Shown here: in pieces, positions 31,400-41,836 of the stretch | Layout of the letters: each line of letters begins with the position of its first letter | Numbering within the stretch: the first letter of the stretch is position 1 | Assembly: GCA_028280605.1 (NCBI GenBank) | Contig: JANQLL010000205.1 | Coordinates: 12,725-76,724 of the forward strand | DNA: 64,000 nucleotides | Origin: Candidatus Gastranaerophilales bacterium | Lineage (GTDB): Bacteria > Cyanobacteriota > Vampirovibrionia > Gastranaerophilales > JANQFW01 | Reading direction: 5' to 3' | Made by a program: the position numbers and the translations under genes | The notes under the pieces: model-generated | Seen by the model: only the letters and a program-made list of their open reading frames with translations | What the model was told of the DNA's origin: nothing | Database searches by the model: none

Positions 31400-31428
31400 A
31401 TTCTATGTAAGACATAATAAAATATCAA
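31400..31428 (-). promoter_or_regulatory. Sigma-70-type promoter for the arg leader/operon
   Basis: TTGATA (31428..31423), a 17-nt spacer, then TAGAAT (31405..31400) on the minus strand, about 40 nt upstream of the leader ATG. Confidence 0.6.
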
Positions 31429-31454
31429 GTGGCAGTTAAAATTTCACTAAAAAA

Positions 31455-31500
31455 ATAGCAACGATAAATTCCCCTTTGCCAAGCAAAAGTCTATCATTGC
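31455..31500 (-). terminator. Intrinsic terminator of the upstream hypothetical gene
   Basis: The minus strand reads GCAAUGAUA...(inner hairpin UUUGC-uug-GCAAA)...UAUCGUUGC followed by UAUUUUUUU. Confidence 0.6.
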
Positions 31501-31533
31501 AATCAATATTTTTAATTTTCACGTCAATCTTCA

Positions 31534-33132
31534 CTAATAATGCGGCTTTTTCTTATTTAATTCTTCTTTTTTATTGCTGTTTATATCTATTATATTAATA
31601 TTTTTTTCATTATTTTCATCATTAAAAATATCTTCTTTTATAGTGCTTTCTTTTTTATCATTTTCTAAAATATCAGTATCGCCTGCTAAAGCAGCATCGG
31701 CCACCTTCGCAACTGCGGATGTTTCTTTGTAAGACTTTGAATTCAAGAGCTTTGAGATGACTTTAACCAGTTTATACGTCCCCTGTTTAACTTTTTTCAA
31801 ATTTTTTTGCGCCTTTTCTTCCAATTTACGCTGGTGCGCTTCTTTCCTTGCCTCCTCGCAGCATTCTGCAACAAATTTATTACGCTCTACAGCCATTAGT
31901 TTGCGTGATTTGCGACGTTGGGCATTAATTACCCTTTGCTCATAGCCGCGATTTTTGTAATCTCTGTAATACTCAAAGTGCTCATTATACCTTTGCTCCT
32001 CCTGTTCAGGGGTTACCGCTTCATCTTCCCATGTTTCATAACTAAAATACTTTATTTCGTCTTCCTGGTATGGATCATAATATTTGTCTCGTGCCAAAGC
32101 AAGATAATCATCTTTATAGCAGATGTTATGCTTTACTTTATCAAGTCTAAATTGAGACTGACGCACACAGCGAATTTTATAGAGGAGTTCTTTATGTGCA
32201 TCTATTATTCTAATCAGAGGGTGATCAGAGAATCCCTCTTGATAACGAGGATAGGGCACATCATTGGATTCTGAATTTGAGCAATCTTTTGGTATTGGCA
32301 GGTGCAGGATTTCTTTTACATTGCTGTAGCTTACCTGATCAGGAACATTATCCGTAAATAAATCTTGATTAAAGTGTATTTGTTTTAATTCTGAGAGAAT
32401 TTTTTTGCTTATATTTGTCAATTTTTTGAATAAGTGAATATCTTCGGGACTTCCTTCGGATAAGTCATACTCATTGATTGACCAGGGCCTTAGCACTACA
32501 AACTCTGTTGGGAGTTCTAAATTTAAGCGTGCCATTTTTTCCATCATTAACGGCAATAATCTTGAAAATTTATGGCAATCATCGAATTTATCTCTTATTA
32601 TATCGATTTCTTCAAGTATTTTTTGGTTTAGCTGGTTCAGGCTGTTAACTGCATGAATCTGTTGTGTAGAAAATTTAGCCCTTATTTCATCGGGTATTTT
32701 TGTACTTACCAATGAATATGTTTTCTTTGCAAGGTTTATTAAGCCTTCTGAGTTTGTTTTAAAACTTGGGCTATCAGATTTTGGCTTCCTTGCATGCCAT
32801 TTCTTTGCGGCTCTTCTTTTTTCTACGCTTTCTATTATATTCATTGCAAAAGATTGAAGACCCATGTTAATAAATTCCATTTTTTGAATAAGAAATTTAC
32901 TCCAATTGCCCGTGCGCATTATGTGCATGTACTCTTTGCCAACAATGTCAAATTTCATTTCTGAAGTTTTTATAGATTCAAGTAAGCGGTCTTTATAGCC
33001 CATTAGGTCACAATTCCGGGCAAAACGGCGTAATAGGACAATTTTGTTTCTCAATCTGTAATACAGGATTGATGCGTATTTATCGTTATCCTTTCGGCAT
33101 GTGTCTTCAGTTTTTGCAACTTCTTTACTCAA
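31534..33132 (-). CDS. Hypothetical protein (532 aa, K/E-rich C-terminus)
   Basis: Long uninterrupted ORF. No motifs I recognise. Confidence 0.6.
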   Translation of the reverse strand: MSKEVAKTEDTCRKDNDKYASILYYRLRNKIVLLRRFARNCDLMGYKDRLLESIKTSEMKFDIVGKEYMHIMRTGNWSKFLIQKMEFINMGLQSFAMNIIESVEKRRAAKKWHARKPKSDSPSFKTNSEGLINLAKKTYSLVSTKIPDEIRAKFSTQQIHAVNSLNQLNQKILEEIDIIRDKFDDCHKFSRLLPLMMEKMARLNLELPTEFVVLRPWSINEYDLSEGSPEDIHLFKKLTNISKKILSELKQIHFNQDLFTDNVPDQVSYSNVKEILHLPIPKDCSNSESNDVPYPRYQEGFSDHPLIRIIDAHKELLYKIRCVRQSQFRLDKVKHNICYKDDYLALARDKYYDPYQEDEIKYFSYETWEDEAVTPEQEEQRYNEHFEYYRDYKNRGYEQRVINAQRRKSRKLMAVERNKFVAECCEEARKEAHQRKLEEKAQKNLKKVKQGTYKLVKVISKLLNSKSYKETSAVAKVADAALAGDTDILENDKKESTIKEDIFNDENNEKNINIIDINSNKKEELNKKKPHY

Positions 33133-33392
33133 TACAATATAGCCTCACAATATCTTGCCCGGAATTAAACTAAAACTTAATTAAATACATTTATTATTTA
33201 CTTAATATATATCATAACAAATTTTTGAATTATTGTCAGGCTCTTAAAACATTTTTTATTTAATTTTTAACAAAACTTTAAATAAAATTTTAAAATAATA
33301 ATTAATAAAAAAAATACAGACTAATCAACACTTAAAAAATGATAATTAGCCTGCATTAAATTAATATATTTTATAAAATTTTATTTAAATGT

Positions 33393-35390
33393 TTAACCAA
33401 CTGTTGTAACAGGATGACTTGTAGCACGAGCTACACCAGCCATAGAGCTATAGCCGGTTGCCATAACAGAAGGTTGTGCCTTTAATAACTTTTCAACGTT
33501 TTCAAAAACGGGCTTAAATGCACCATCTTTGCCTTTTGCTAACTCTTCTTCGGTAGCTGTTATTATCATCTTTTTACCTTTATTTACAAATTTTTCAGAT
33601 GTATAGTCAATGGGCTCGGAATAGACAGCCGGATGCTTTTCTTTAAGCTCTTTAAAGGAGATATCACCATCCTTTTGAGCTAGATTTAGCACATTATCAC
33701 ACCAACTTTCCCAAGTCTTACCTTCTGCCCAAATTTTTAACGGTTCTTTTATTTGTTCCTTATCATCTAATGTTTTAAGATATGCTTTTGCTATATCATT
33801 AGGATCATTTGGGTTAAATCCCGGAACTATATCTTTAAGCTCAGCAAAAACACCTGCTGATTTTGCAACAGGACCTGGAATATTTGCAATACCTTGTTCT
33901 GCAGGGATAAGGCCGTAGGGTTCTTGAGTAGAGTTTAGTCCTCCAACGGTTTTACCTTCTTCTCCTAATGCAATATGCAGACCGCCAAAGTCATCTCCAT
34001 CAGGTATAGATACAGATGTGATAACTCCATTAAGGATTTTCTCGTTCTTATTCACTATATTAGCAAGTTCCATTAAATATTTGCCGTTAGAAATTTTATT
34101 AGTATTTTTATCTTCAAGTGTAGCTATTGCAGACTCTTCTGTGATCTCTTTTTTATCAACTCTTTTTGCTAAACCCTGTGCCATTTTTAAATAGTTAATG
34201 CCATTATCTTTACCATTGATAACAAGTACAAGATTTGCTTTTTCCCTAAGATCACCAGAAGCAACAAAAGCATTAATTATACCATGGAAATTTTTCTTCT
34301 CATCTAAACGACCTGCAGTTAAAACTTTGTCTAGATTTTTACGGCTTGATGGAATATCTTTTTGGTAACTCTTATTAAAAATCTCCTTGGCATTCTTTAT
34401 ATGAGACTCTGTTGCAGGATTTCTGGAAAATCGTTTTTTATCAACTCCGGGTGGAATTACGTGAATTCTGTCAGTATCAATTTCGTTAACCCCCTCCATC
34501 TTTGTTTTATATGGATATGCATCTATTTGTTCATCTCTTTCTAGTGGCGAATTAACAACAACCTTGGTAGTAGGATCTGTAAAAGCTATTTTTTCAGCTA
34601 ATATTCTGGATGGAAATTCAAACTTATGGTCATCTAACAGCTCGTTTGTATATTTCAACACAATATCCTGTGTTATAACTTCCGGATTTTTTTCATTTGT
34701 CTGTGCAATATAATTAACCAAATTATTGTCAGCACGTTTTATAACCATATTTTTAAACTTGGGTCCGCCTGCTGAGTGTAATATCCAAACATTATGCGGC
34801 ATCTTTGTTTCGCCGTCTTGTTTTAATATTTCATTGTTATGCCTGATAGCAACATAACCGTCAATATAGCCACCTATTATGTTAGCTGCATCCATTTTGT
34901 TATCTTCCAGTACTTTATGTATTTGACCCATATATTTTTGAGTTAAATTTTTATAAAATACATTTTCTTTTCCATCTTTACCAACACCAACTTCTTCTTT
35001 GTCTATATACTTCATACCCTTTGTTAATGGTGCTCTTGCATACTTTATATCACTTTTTAAAGGTTTATTATTCTCATCTTTTACTTGTTCAGTTTCATAT
35101 TCTTTCCCAAAGGGTTGGTCTCCAAGTCCATTACCAATCAAAAATTGTTGCCCCACAAGCGCTGTTATAAAATTTTCTTTATGTGCAAAGCCTTCCGCTG
35201 CTTTTTTTACAAATGTTAGTTGTCCTCCTCCGCATGTTCCCAATTCACTAGCATGTGCTAGAGGATTGCCCTTACAAAGTCCTCCTTGAGGGTTTAGAAT
35301 CACAACACCGTTGTCATGTAAATTTGCAGTAAATGTTGGAGCTTTTTGTTGTTTATTAAGCGCTGCGTGTGGATTGAATTGTTTGATCAT
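33393..35390 (-). CDS. GT4-family glycosyltransferase with long N-terminal extension (sucrose synthase / sucrose-phosphate synthase-like)
   Basis: RIHVIPPGVDKKRF, LTAGRLDEKKNFHGIINAF and EPYGLIPAEQ resemble the GT-B/GT4 C-terminal domain. Confidence 0.6.
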   Translation of the reverse strand: MIKQFNPHAALNKQQKAPTFTANLHDNGVVILNPQGGLCKGNPLAHASELGTCGGGQLTFVKKAAEGFAHKENFITALVGQQFLIGNGLGDQPFGKEYETEQVKDENNKPLKSDIKYARAPLTKGMKYIDKEEVGVGKDGKENVFYKNLTQKYMGQIHKVLEDNKMDAANIIGGYIDGYVAIRHNNEILKQDGETKMPHNVWILHSAGGPKFKNMVIKRADNNLVNYIAQTNEKNPEVITQDIVLKYTNELLDDHKFEFPSRILAEKIAFTDPTTKVVVNSPLERDEQIDAYPYKTKMEGVNEIDTDRIHVIPPGVDKKRFSRNPATESHIKNAKEIFNKSYQKDIPSSRKNLDKVLTAGRLDEKKNFHGIINAFVASGDLREKANLVLVINGKDNGINYLKMAQGLAKRVDKKEITEESAIATLEDKNTNKISNGKYLMELANIVNKNEKILNGVITSVSIPDGDDFGGLHIALGEEGKTVGGLNSTQEPYGLIPAEQGIANIPGPVAKSAGVFAELKDIVPGFNPNDPNDIAKAYLKTLDDKEQIKEPLKIWAEGKTWESWCDNVLNLAQKDGDISFKELKEKHPAVYSEPIDYTSEKFVNKGKKMIITATEEELAKGKDGAFKPVFENVEKLLKAQPSVMATGYSSMAGVARATSHPVTTVG

Positions 35391-35922
35391 AATTAGCCTT
35401 CCTCTTTTTTTTACTCTCTTTAGTTATATCAATTTTGCAATTTGCATATTAAAAACATGGCAAAATACCGCCTCAAATAATACTAAACATTATTCAATGC
35501 AAAGATTTAAAATCTAATTTTAAAAATAAAGCAAAATTTTAAATTTCTAACACAAACTAAGGCGATTTTAATTTAGCAAAAATGCATATTTTCTGTTTCT
35601 ATACTTCTCATCAAATTACTCTTTAGAATAAACTTACAAAAAATATTTCTTAATTAATCCGGCTTTATAACAGACTCTTTAATAGTAAGTATATTTTTGA
35701 AAATCATTCTATTGTTAATTAAATTAAAGCCCTAGTTTATTAATGTTGATAGATAAATTTTTATATCTTAACAAAAGTTCAAAATTGAATTAAAAAGCAG
35801 TAATAATACAATACAATTTTTGAATGATGACTTCTAATTGCTTATGACTACAATTTAATATAGGAGGTTAGTTTTATCTTACAACCTAAAGAATTAATAA
35901 GAGATCAAGGATATCTACTTTA

Positions 35923-36756
35923 ATGTTGCAAAAGACAAACATGAAAGACTTAAAAGAAGGTAAAAAGCTTTCCGACGAAGAAGTACAAAAGCTATGGCTT
36001 GAACTTGACAAAGACAGGAATAATAAAATTGTCAGAGACAAACTGATAGTTCAATATATGTACTTGATAAAGTATGTCGTCGGCAGGTTAAGAACGAATT
36101 TACCAAGCACTATCTCTACAGACGACATATCAGGGTATGGGGTTGAAGGACTTATTAACGCAATAGAGCGTTTTAAGCCAAGTAAAGGTGTAAGATTTGA
36201 AACCTATGCCCTTTTGAGAATCAGAGGAGCCATAATAGACCGAATTAGAAGTCAGGATTGGGTTCCCAGGGGTACACAGAGACGTTTTAAAAAGATTCAA
36301 CAAACAAAAAATAAACTTCAGATTGAGCTTGGCAGAATGCCTACATCTCAAGAAATTGCGGAAGAGCTTGAAACTACTAAAGAAAAAATCGATGCTGCTA
36401 TGGCAGAAATGGAAACTAATAGTTTAGTCTCTATTTATGATAGCAGAGGCAGCTCTGATTCTTCTGACAGTATGGAAATTATTGATACTATTCAAGATAC
36501 TAAAGCCACTGATCCTTTGGCTGAACTTGAACAGGTTGATTTTAAAAAACAACTTTCTATGGCTCTTAACAAATTACCGGAACGGGAAAAATTAATCCTT
36601 GCGCTCTATTATCACCAGAATATGACTTTAAAAGAAATTGGCGAGACTATTTCTATCTCAGAATCAAGAGTTTGTCAGCTACATTCACAGGCTATAATGA
36701 AGTTAAGAAAAATTCTTAGCAACAAGGAAATTAACACAAGAAAAAGAAAAAAATGA
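35923..36756 (+). CDS. fliA: RNA polymerase sigma factor, FliA/WhiG (sigma-28) family
   Basis: GLINAIERFKPSKGVRFETYALLRIRGAIIDRIRSQDWVPR (region 2, with the DWVPR signature of sigma-28). Region 4 is LPEREKLILALYYHQNMTLKEIGETISISESRVCQLHSQAIMKLR. Confidence 0.85.
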   Translation: MLQKTNMKDLKEGKKLSDEEVQKLWLELDKDRNNKIVRDKLIVQYMYLIKYVVGRLRTNLPSTISTDDISGYGVEGLINAIERFKPSKGVRFETYALLRIRGAIIDRIRSQDWVPRGTQRRFKKIQQTKNKLQIELGRMPTSQEIAEELETTKEKIDAAMAEMETNSLVSIYDSRGSSDSSDSMEIIDTIQDTKATDPLAELEQVDFKKQLSMALNKLPEREKLILALYYHQNMTLKEIGETISISESRVCQLHSQAIMKLRKILSNKEINTRKRKK

Positions 36757-37298
36757 GCCTAGAGGATCTAAAATTTGCATATATCATAACTTCTTTGCTT
36801 TCTCAAAATACTTTTGCGGGGGCAATTTTAGTAACTGACTACAAAGGCTTTCCTCTTGAGTTTAAATATACTGATCCCGTTGTGCCGACCAAGATTCAGC
36901 AGGTGCTATACGGCAACGAGTTAGAGAACTATATTAAACTTGATGTTATTTGCGATAACCTTGTGACTGAACTATCAGACAAGGTGCATTCTATATTTGT
37001 GCAGGATGAATATCTTTTGAATTATAAATCAGATGATATCCCGGTTATTAGATTAAGCCAGACAAACACTCCAGCACTGGAGGGGCAAAAATTTAATAAA
37101 GTAAAAGATAATGAATACCTTCTTCAAATATCTTCGCTAAGCTCGCCTGTAAGGATACAATTAGCTGAAAAATATAATATTGATAACATTGATAAGCTGA
37201 TTAACCCTATTTTGCAAGCGGGCAGTTATGTAGACATTTGCGAACCGTTTAACAGAATCAACAAAACTCTTGAGCTTGTTGTTAATCAAAATGCCTAG
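36753..37298 (+). CDS. Hypothetical protein, start overlaps the fliA stop (ATGA)
   Basis: 181-aa ORF with a 4-nt overlap onto fliA, which suggests translational coupling. No recognisable motifs. Confidence 0.55.
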   Translation: MSLEDLKFAYIITSLLSQNTFAGAILVTDYKGFPLEFKYTDPVVPTKIQQVLYGNELENYIKLDVICDNLVTELSDKVHSIFVQDEYLLNYKSDDIPVIRLSQTNTPALEGQKFNKVKDNEYLLQISSLSSPVRIQLAEKYNIDNIDKLINPILQAGSYVDICEPFNRINKTLELVVNQNA

Positions 37299-38073
37299 CT
37301 TAATTAAAAATATTTATTTTTATTTTTTAAAATCATATTTAAAAATTGAACCGAGTATAAATACCTGTGTAGACCTGCTTATTTTTACGCAGTCGAACGG
37401 AGTGGATTTTGAATTTAAAGTTGATATTAATGAATTTAAAAAAACTAAAATAAATATAAATATTTTTAGCTCGCCGATCTTGACCGGTGTTAAATATGCT
37501 GACGTGCCTAAAGAAAATATAAAAATTAAAATAAATGACTTAGAATATCAAAAGCCGCCAATAAAAATTATTAATCTTAAAGATGAATTTATTTCTATAA
37601 TTAGAAAATATGAACTTAATGTATTTTCGAGCGTAAAGCAGTGTAATTTTTCTGAGTTTCCAACAATACTAAATACTGTAGAGGTTGAAAAATACCCGCA
37701 AATAATCGACGAAATAGTTATTATCTCTCCGTATATTAAAAATGTTAGTTCGCAAAAGACTTTAGATATACCAATTCAGATAAAACCGGAAGATAAAAAG
37801 AATTTTACTAAAACAGAAATAGAGCAATTAAAGCGTCAACTTGCTAATGCTAACAAAACAGCTATAAACAATGTAGAGTTATATTTAATTTATCCCGGGT
37901 TTTTACCGGAGAATTACAGGACTATACAGCAGGACGAGGAGACTAAAGTTCTTTATTGTTATTTTAACCAGGACAATGCTTGCAAAAAATGCTCGAATTA
38001 TTATTTATTAATGGGTGCTCGTATTGATTCTCTTTTGCCGTTGAGAGCATTAGCCATACTTAGGAAAAAATAA
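37270..38073 (+). CDS. Hypothetical protein
   Basis: 267-aa ORF overlapping the previous ORF by 29 nt. AT-rich, no recognisable motifs. Confidence 0.45.
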   Translation: MSLLLIKMPSLIKNIYFYFLKSYLKIEPSINTCVDLLIFTQSNGVDFEFKVDINEFKKTKININIFSSPILTGVKYADVPKENIKIKINDLEYQKPPIKIINLKDEFISIIRKYELNVFSSVKQCNFSEFPTILNTVEVEKYPQIIDEIVIISPYIKNVSSQKTLDIPIQIKPEDKKNFTKTEIEQLKRQLANANKTAINNVELYLIYPGFLPENYRTIQQDEETKVLYCYFNQDNACKKCSNYYLLMGARIDSLLPLRALAILRKK

Positions 38074-38151
38074 AAACAACCGGGTAGTCAATAGTTTTAA
38101 CAAACGTGGAATAATTAGGATACTATTACTAATTAAAGCCTGGAGTTTGAT

Positions 38152-39099
38152 GTGAAAAAATTAATTTCAAAGCTTATTGTATTTTTTATGATTATTAGCC
38201 TGCCGGTTTTTGGTTCGGGTTATACTGATTTTCTTTCTCAAGTGGAAGAAGAGCTTTTTAGCACGGAGTTTAAAAATGAACCTATAGACGCTCGTATCAA
38301 CAGGATTGAGTTAAATACCCTCGGGCAAACAACCAAAGGGTCAAATAAGGCACGAATAAAGAATTTAAGAAAAGTATTTAAATTTAATACATCAAAACCA
38401 AGCAGCCGCTCGTCAAATAGTTATTCTAGCACTGAAGCAGGCAATTTGTCCCCTGAATTTTCAGAGCAGGAATCTAATACTAATTATCCTGCAATTGATA
38501 AAATGGAATTGAGCTTATTCAATAAAACGTACACAAGAGATAATATTTACAAGCGCTTAGCCAGGCTGGAGAAATCTGCATTTAAGAAGCCACAAGTCGG
38601 CAGCTTGGTTGAGAGAACTGATCGATTAAAAAATAAGTTATTTAAAAAAAATAATAATATAGTTTCTTCTTATAATTATTCTAATTATCAAAATTATTCT
38701 TTATCTAATCCCAATTTGTCCGGCTCTTCTGGTTCTTTATATGGAACGCAAGGTAAGAGGCGGTTTAGTGTAACGCGGTCCGGGAATCAAAATTATGGAT
38801 TGAATCAGCATTTTGACGAGCATCTTTTAGCAGAAGCTGAAAAATTAATGTTTGGCACAACTTATATTAATGAACCACCAGAGGTACGTTTGTCCAGGTT
38901 AGAGCAAAAGTTATTCAATCAAGCCTCACCCGGGGATAATATAAATGATCGCTTAGAACGAATTGTTGCTGTAGCGCAGGCACAGCCTTCTACCGGTACT
39001 TATGGTGATTTGGCCAGGATGAGAAAGTATCGAAAAGTTGCTACCGGGGTTACTGTGACTACGATTGTTCTTTTGATTTTGAAGAATTTGATATTTTAG
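38152..39099 (+). CDS. Secreted repeat protein with C-terminal TM anchor
   Basis: GTG start with TGGAG SD. It has a signal peptide, four repeats of the form R(I/L)..(L/I)E...F and a C-terminal hydrophobic helix (TGVTVTTIVLLILKNLIF). Confidence 0.6.
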   Translation: MKKLISKLIVFFMIISLPVFGSGYTDFLSQVEEELFSTEFKNEPIDARINRIELNTLGQTTKGSNKARIKNLRKVFKFNTSKPSSRSSNSYSSTEAGNLSPEFSEQESNTNYPAIDKMELSLFNKTYTRDNIYKRLARLEKSAFKKPQVGSLVERTDRLKNKLFKKNNNIVSSYNYSNYQNYSLSNPNLSGSSGSLYGTQGKRRFSVTRSGNQNYGLNQHFDEHLLAEAEKLMFGTTYINEPPEVRLSRLEQKLFNQASPGDNINDRLERIVAVAQAQPSTGTYGDLARMRKYRKVATGVTVTTIVLLILKNLIF

Positions 39100-39124
39100 G
39101 TGGCATTCGCCACCTCTTATTGTT
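39099..39124 (+). terminator. Intrinsic terminator candidate
   Basis: GGTGGC-attc-GCCACC hairpin followed by a T-rich stretch, immediately after the stop of ORF 38152..39099. Confidence 0.5.
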
Positions 39125-39134
39125 CACCTTCAAG

Positions 39135-39226
39135 TCATTGATTGGCTTAAGCTGTACACCTCAATTGTTGCTGCCATACAAAGACATTGATGGCATTTGA
39201 TTGGAGCTTTTTGTTCGTATAATAAG
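39135..39226 (+). repeat. Local repeat R1 (CATTGGCTTAAG..TACACCTCAATTGTT family)
   Basis: Shares cattg(att)ggctt[a/t]ag...tacacctcaattgtt...ttcgta..taag with 39489..39565. It contains the hairpin TGCCAT...ATGGCA. Confidence 0.6.
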
Positions 39227-39488
39227 TCCTATCAACTGGCTGAAAAGCGTTAAATTTATGATATAATAAAACGATACTCTGGCATCTATGCCAAAGGCAG
39301 GAAGAAAATCCGGAGTTTACATTTATATTATATCATAGTTAATAAATAAGATATTTTTGGGTAATAGAATACAATAAAACTTATATTACAAAATATTAAA
39401 CAGAGCTATTAATAAACATGATAATAGTTTTCTATGCATAAAATATTTTATTTATTAGCTTTGCTTATAAACTTTATATCTGACCAAA

Positions 39489-39565
39489 TTCATTGGCTTT
39501 AGATATACACCTCAATTGTTAATGTCAATGGAGTTGGATTATCGCTTTTCATTCGTAAGTTAAGC
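39489..39565 (+). repeat. Local repeat R2 (shorter copy of R1)
   Basis: ttcattggctttagatatacacctcaattgttaatgtcaatgg...cattcgtaagttaag aligns with R1. Confidence 0.6.
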
Positions 39566-39598
39566 ATATGATAAAAAATTTTATCCTCTAAAATTTTA

Positions 39599-39690
39599 GG
39601 GCCGAGCGAATCAGCAAAGCCGATGGAAGGCGAGGCCAAAAAAGAATACTCCCCCTTGCTAGAGGGTAAGAGGGTAGATACAAAAGAATT
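39599..39690 (+). repeat. GC-rich structured element, copy 1
   Basis: GGGCCGAGCGAATCAGCAAAGCCGATGGAAGGCGAGGCC-A6-GAATACTCCCCCTTGCTAGAGGGTAAGAGGGTAGATAC aligns along its whole length with 43954..44045. Confidence 0.7.
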
Positions 39691-39703
39691 TTTTCACATT
39701 TAA

Positions 39704-39733
39704 AAAGGAGCTATCGTAATGATAGCTCCTTTT
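39704..39733 (-). terminator. fusA terminator (bidirectional hairpin)
   Basis: GGAGCTATC-gtaat-GATAGCTCC with an A run on one side and a T run on the other. Confidence 0.8.
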
Positions 39734-39754
39734 AGTCTTATATATAGTTCCAAA

Positions 39755-41836
39755 CTAGGAAACTGAACATTTACCGATGATTTCTTCAGCAATGTTGTTA
39801 GGAACAGGTTCGTATTTGGAGAACTCCATACTGAATGTTCCACGACCTTGAGTTTTACTACGTATATCAGTAGCATAACCGAACATTTCAGAAAGAGGAA
39901 CGAGAGCGGTAACTTTTTGAATATTTGTACCTTCAATCATTTCCATACCTTCTACACGGCCTCTTCTACCAGAAAGGTCGCCTATTACATCACCGAGGTA
40001 CTCATCAGGTACTTCGATTTCTACTTTCATCATTGGCTCTAAAATTGTAGGATCAGCTTTTTTAACACCGTCTTTAATAGCCATACTTCCTGCAACTTTA
40101 AACGCCATTTCACTACTATCTACATCGTGGTAACTTCCATCGTATAGAGTAGCTTTAACATCGATAACTTCGTAACCTGCGATGATACCGCCGGCAAGAG
40201 CTTCTTCAATACCTTTTTGTACTGCAGGAATGTATTCTCTAGGAACAACACCACCAACGATTTTGTTCTCGAATACAAATCCGCCGCCCTCACCAAGAGG
40301 CTCAACTTTAAGTTTAACGTGACCGTACTGACCACGACCACCGGATTGTCTTACGAATTTACCTTCTACATCAACTTCTTTATTGATGGTTTCTCTGTAA
40401 GCAACCTGAGGTTTACCTACGTTCGCACCAACTTTAAATTCTCTTAATAATCTGTCTACAATAATTTCCAAGTGAAGTTCGCCCATACCTGAAATAATTG
40501 TTTGACCAGTTTCCTGATCAATTTTTACTTTAAAGGAAGGATCTTCATCAGCTAGCTTGCTTAGACCTACTGTTAATTTATCTTGGTCGGCTTTTGTTTT
40601 TGGCTCGATCGCTACAGATATTACAGGCTCTGGGAATTCGATAGATTCTAATATTACAGGATGAGCTTCATCTGTAAGAGAATCACCTGTTGTAGCTTCT
40701 TTTAAACCAACAATAGCAGCTAAGTCACCTGCTGAAATTTCAGGCACTTCGGTTCTGGAATCAGCTTGCATTTGAACTATACGACTGATTCTTTCCTTTT
40801 TACCGGTTGTTGCGTTTAATACATAACTACCGGCTTTTAGAACACCACTGTACACCCTGATGAAAGTTAATCTACCAACATAAGGGTCTGTCATGATTTT
40901 AAATGCTAGTGCTGCAAAAGGTTCGTCAGGTGAACTTTTTCTTTCTGCTTCAACACCGGTTTTGTCGATACCTTTAATAGCAGGAACATCAATTGGAGCC
41001 GGCATATAGTCAATTACAGCATCTAACAATAACTGTACACCTTTGTTCTTAAATGCAGAACCACAGGTTACAGGTATAACTTTATTTTGAATGGTTGCGA
41101 TTCTAATACCTTTCATGAGTTCATCTTCAGAAATTTCTTCACCTTCAAGGTATTTCATCATTAATTCATCATCAACTTCAGATACAGCTTCAACTAAAGC
41201 TTCTCTGTATTCTTTTGCCAGCTCTTTGTATTCAGCAGGAATTTCTGTTTCTTCAATATCAGTACCTATATCATTTTTATAGATATAAGCTTTTTGTCTT
41301 ACTAAATCAATAATACCGGATAACTGATCTTCTGCTCCTATTGGTAATTGAATAGGATGAGCATTACCTTGTAATCTGGTTTTGATTTGATCAACAACTC
41401 TTAAGAAGTTAGCTCCGGTTCTATCCATTTTATTAACAAATACCATTCTTGGGACTTGATATCTGTTAGACTGTCTCCATACTGTTTCAGACTGTGATTG
41501 AACACCGCCTACTGCACAGAATACAGCAACAACACCATCTAGTACACGTAAAGATCTTTCAACTTCAATAGTAAAGTCAACGTGACCCGGTGTATCGATG
41601 ATGTTTACTTGGTGATCTTTCCAGAAGCTTGTTACAGCTGCTGAAGTAATAGTAATACCGCGTTCTCTTTCTTGATCCATAAAGTCAGTTACAGAAGTGC
41701 CTTCATGTACTTCACCAATTTTATGGCTAACGCCTGTATAATATAAGATTCTTTCTGTTGTAGTCGTTTTGCCTGCGTCAATGTGTGCCGCAATGCCTAT
41801 ATTTCTAATTTTACTTAATGGAGTCTTTTTAGCCAC
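39755..41836 (-). CDS. fusA: Elongation factor G
   Basis: [27 protein letters not shown] and NKMDR motifs; 693 aa. Confidence 0.97.
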   Translation of the reverse strand: MAKKTPLSKIRNIGIAAHIDAGKTTTTERILYYTGVSHKIGEVHEGTSVTDFMDQERERGITITSAAVTSFWKDHQVNIIDTPGHVDFTIEVERSLRVLDGVVAVFCAVGGVQSQSETVWRQSNRYQVPRMVFVNKMDRTGANFLRVVDQIKTRLQGNAHPIQLPIGAEDQLSGIIDLVRQKAYIYKNDIGTDIEETEIPAEYKELAKEYREALVEAVSEVDDELMMKYLEGEEISEDELMKGIRIATIQNKVIPVTCGSAFKNKGVQLLLDAVIDYMPAPIDVPAIKGIDKTGVEAERKSSPDEPFAALAFKIMTDPYVGRLTFIRVYSGVLKAGSYVLNATTGKKERISRIVQMQADSRTEVPEISAGDLAAIVGLKEATTGDSLTDEAHPVILESIEFPEPVISVAIEPKTKADQDKLTVGLSKLADEDPSFKVKIDQETGQTIISGMGELHLEIIVDRLLREFKVGANVGKPQVAYRETINKEVDVEGKFVRQSGGRGQYGHVKLKVEPLGEGGGFVFENKIVGGVVPREYIPAVQKGIEEALAGGIIAGYEVIDVKATLYDGSYHDVDSSEMAFKVAGSMAIKDGVKKADPTILEPMMKVEIEVPDEYLGDVIGDLSGRRGRVEGMEMIEGTNIQKVTALVPLSEMFGYATDIRSKTQGRGTFSMEFSKYEPVPNNIAEEIIGKCSVS

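Noticed and set aside
31171-31533. T-box or known riboswitch upstream of argC.
   Set aside because: No specifier-loop or T-box (UGGUACC-like) sequence is present, and I recognise no conserved riboswitch core. The only GC-rich patch is the run of Arg codons in the leader ORF.
39599-39690. Possibility that the GC-rich repeat encodes a peptide. Several differences between the two copies fall at 3-nt intervals and would be synonymous in one frame (gaa/gag, tca/tcg, gca/gcg).
   Set aside because: There is no start codon or SD. Stop codons lie immediately upstream in that frame. A 1-nt indel between the copies breaks the frame halfway through. The same substitutions are explained by the hairpin.
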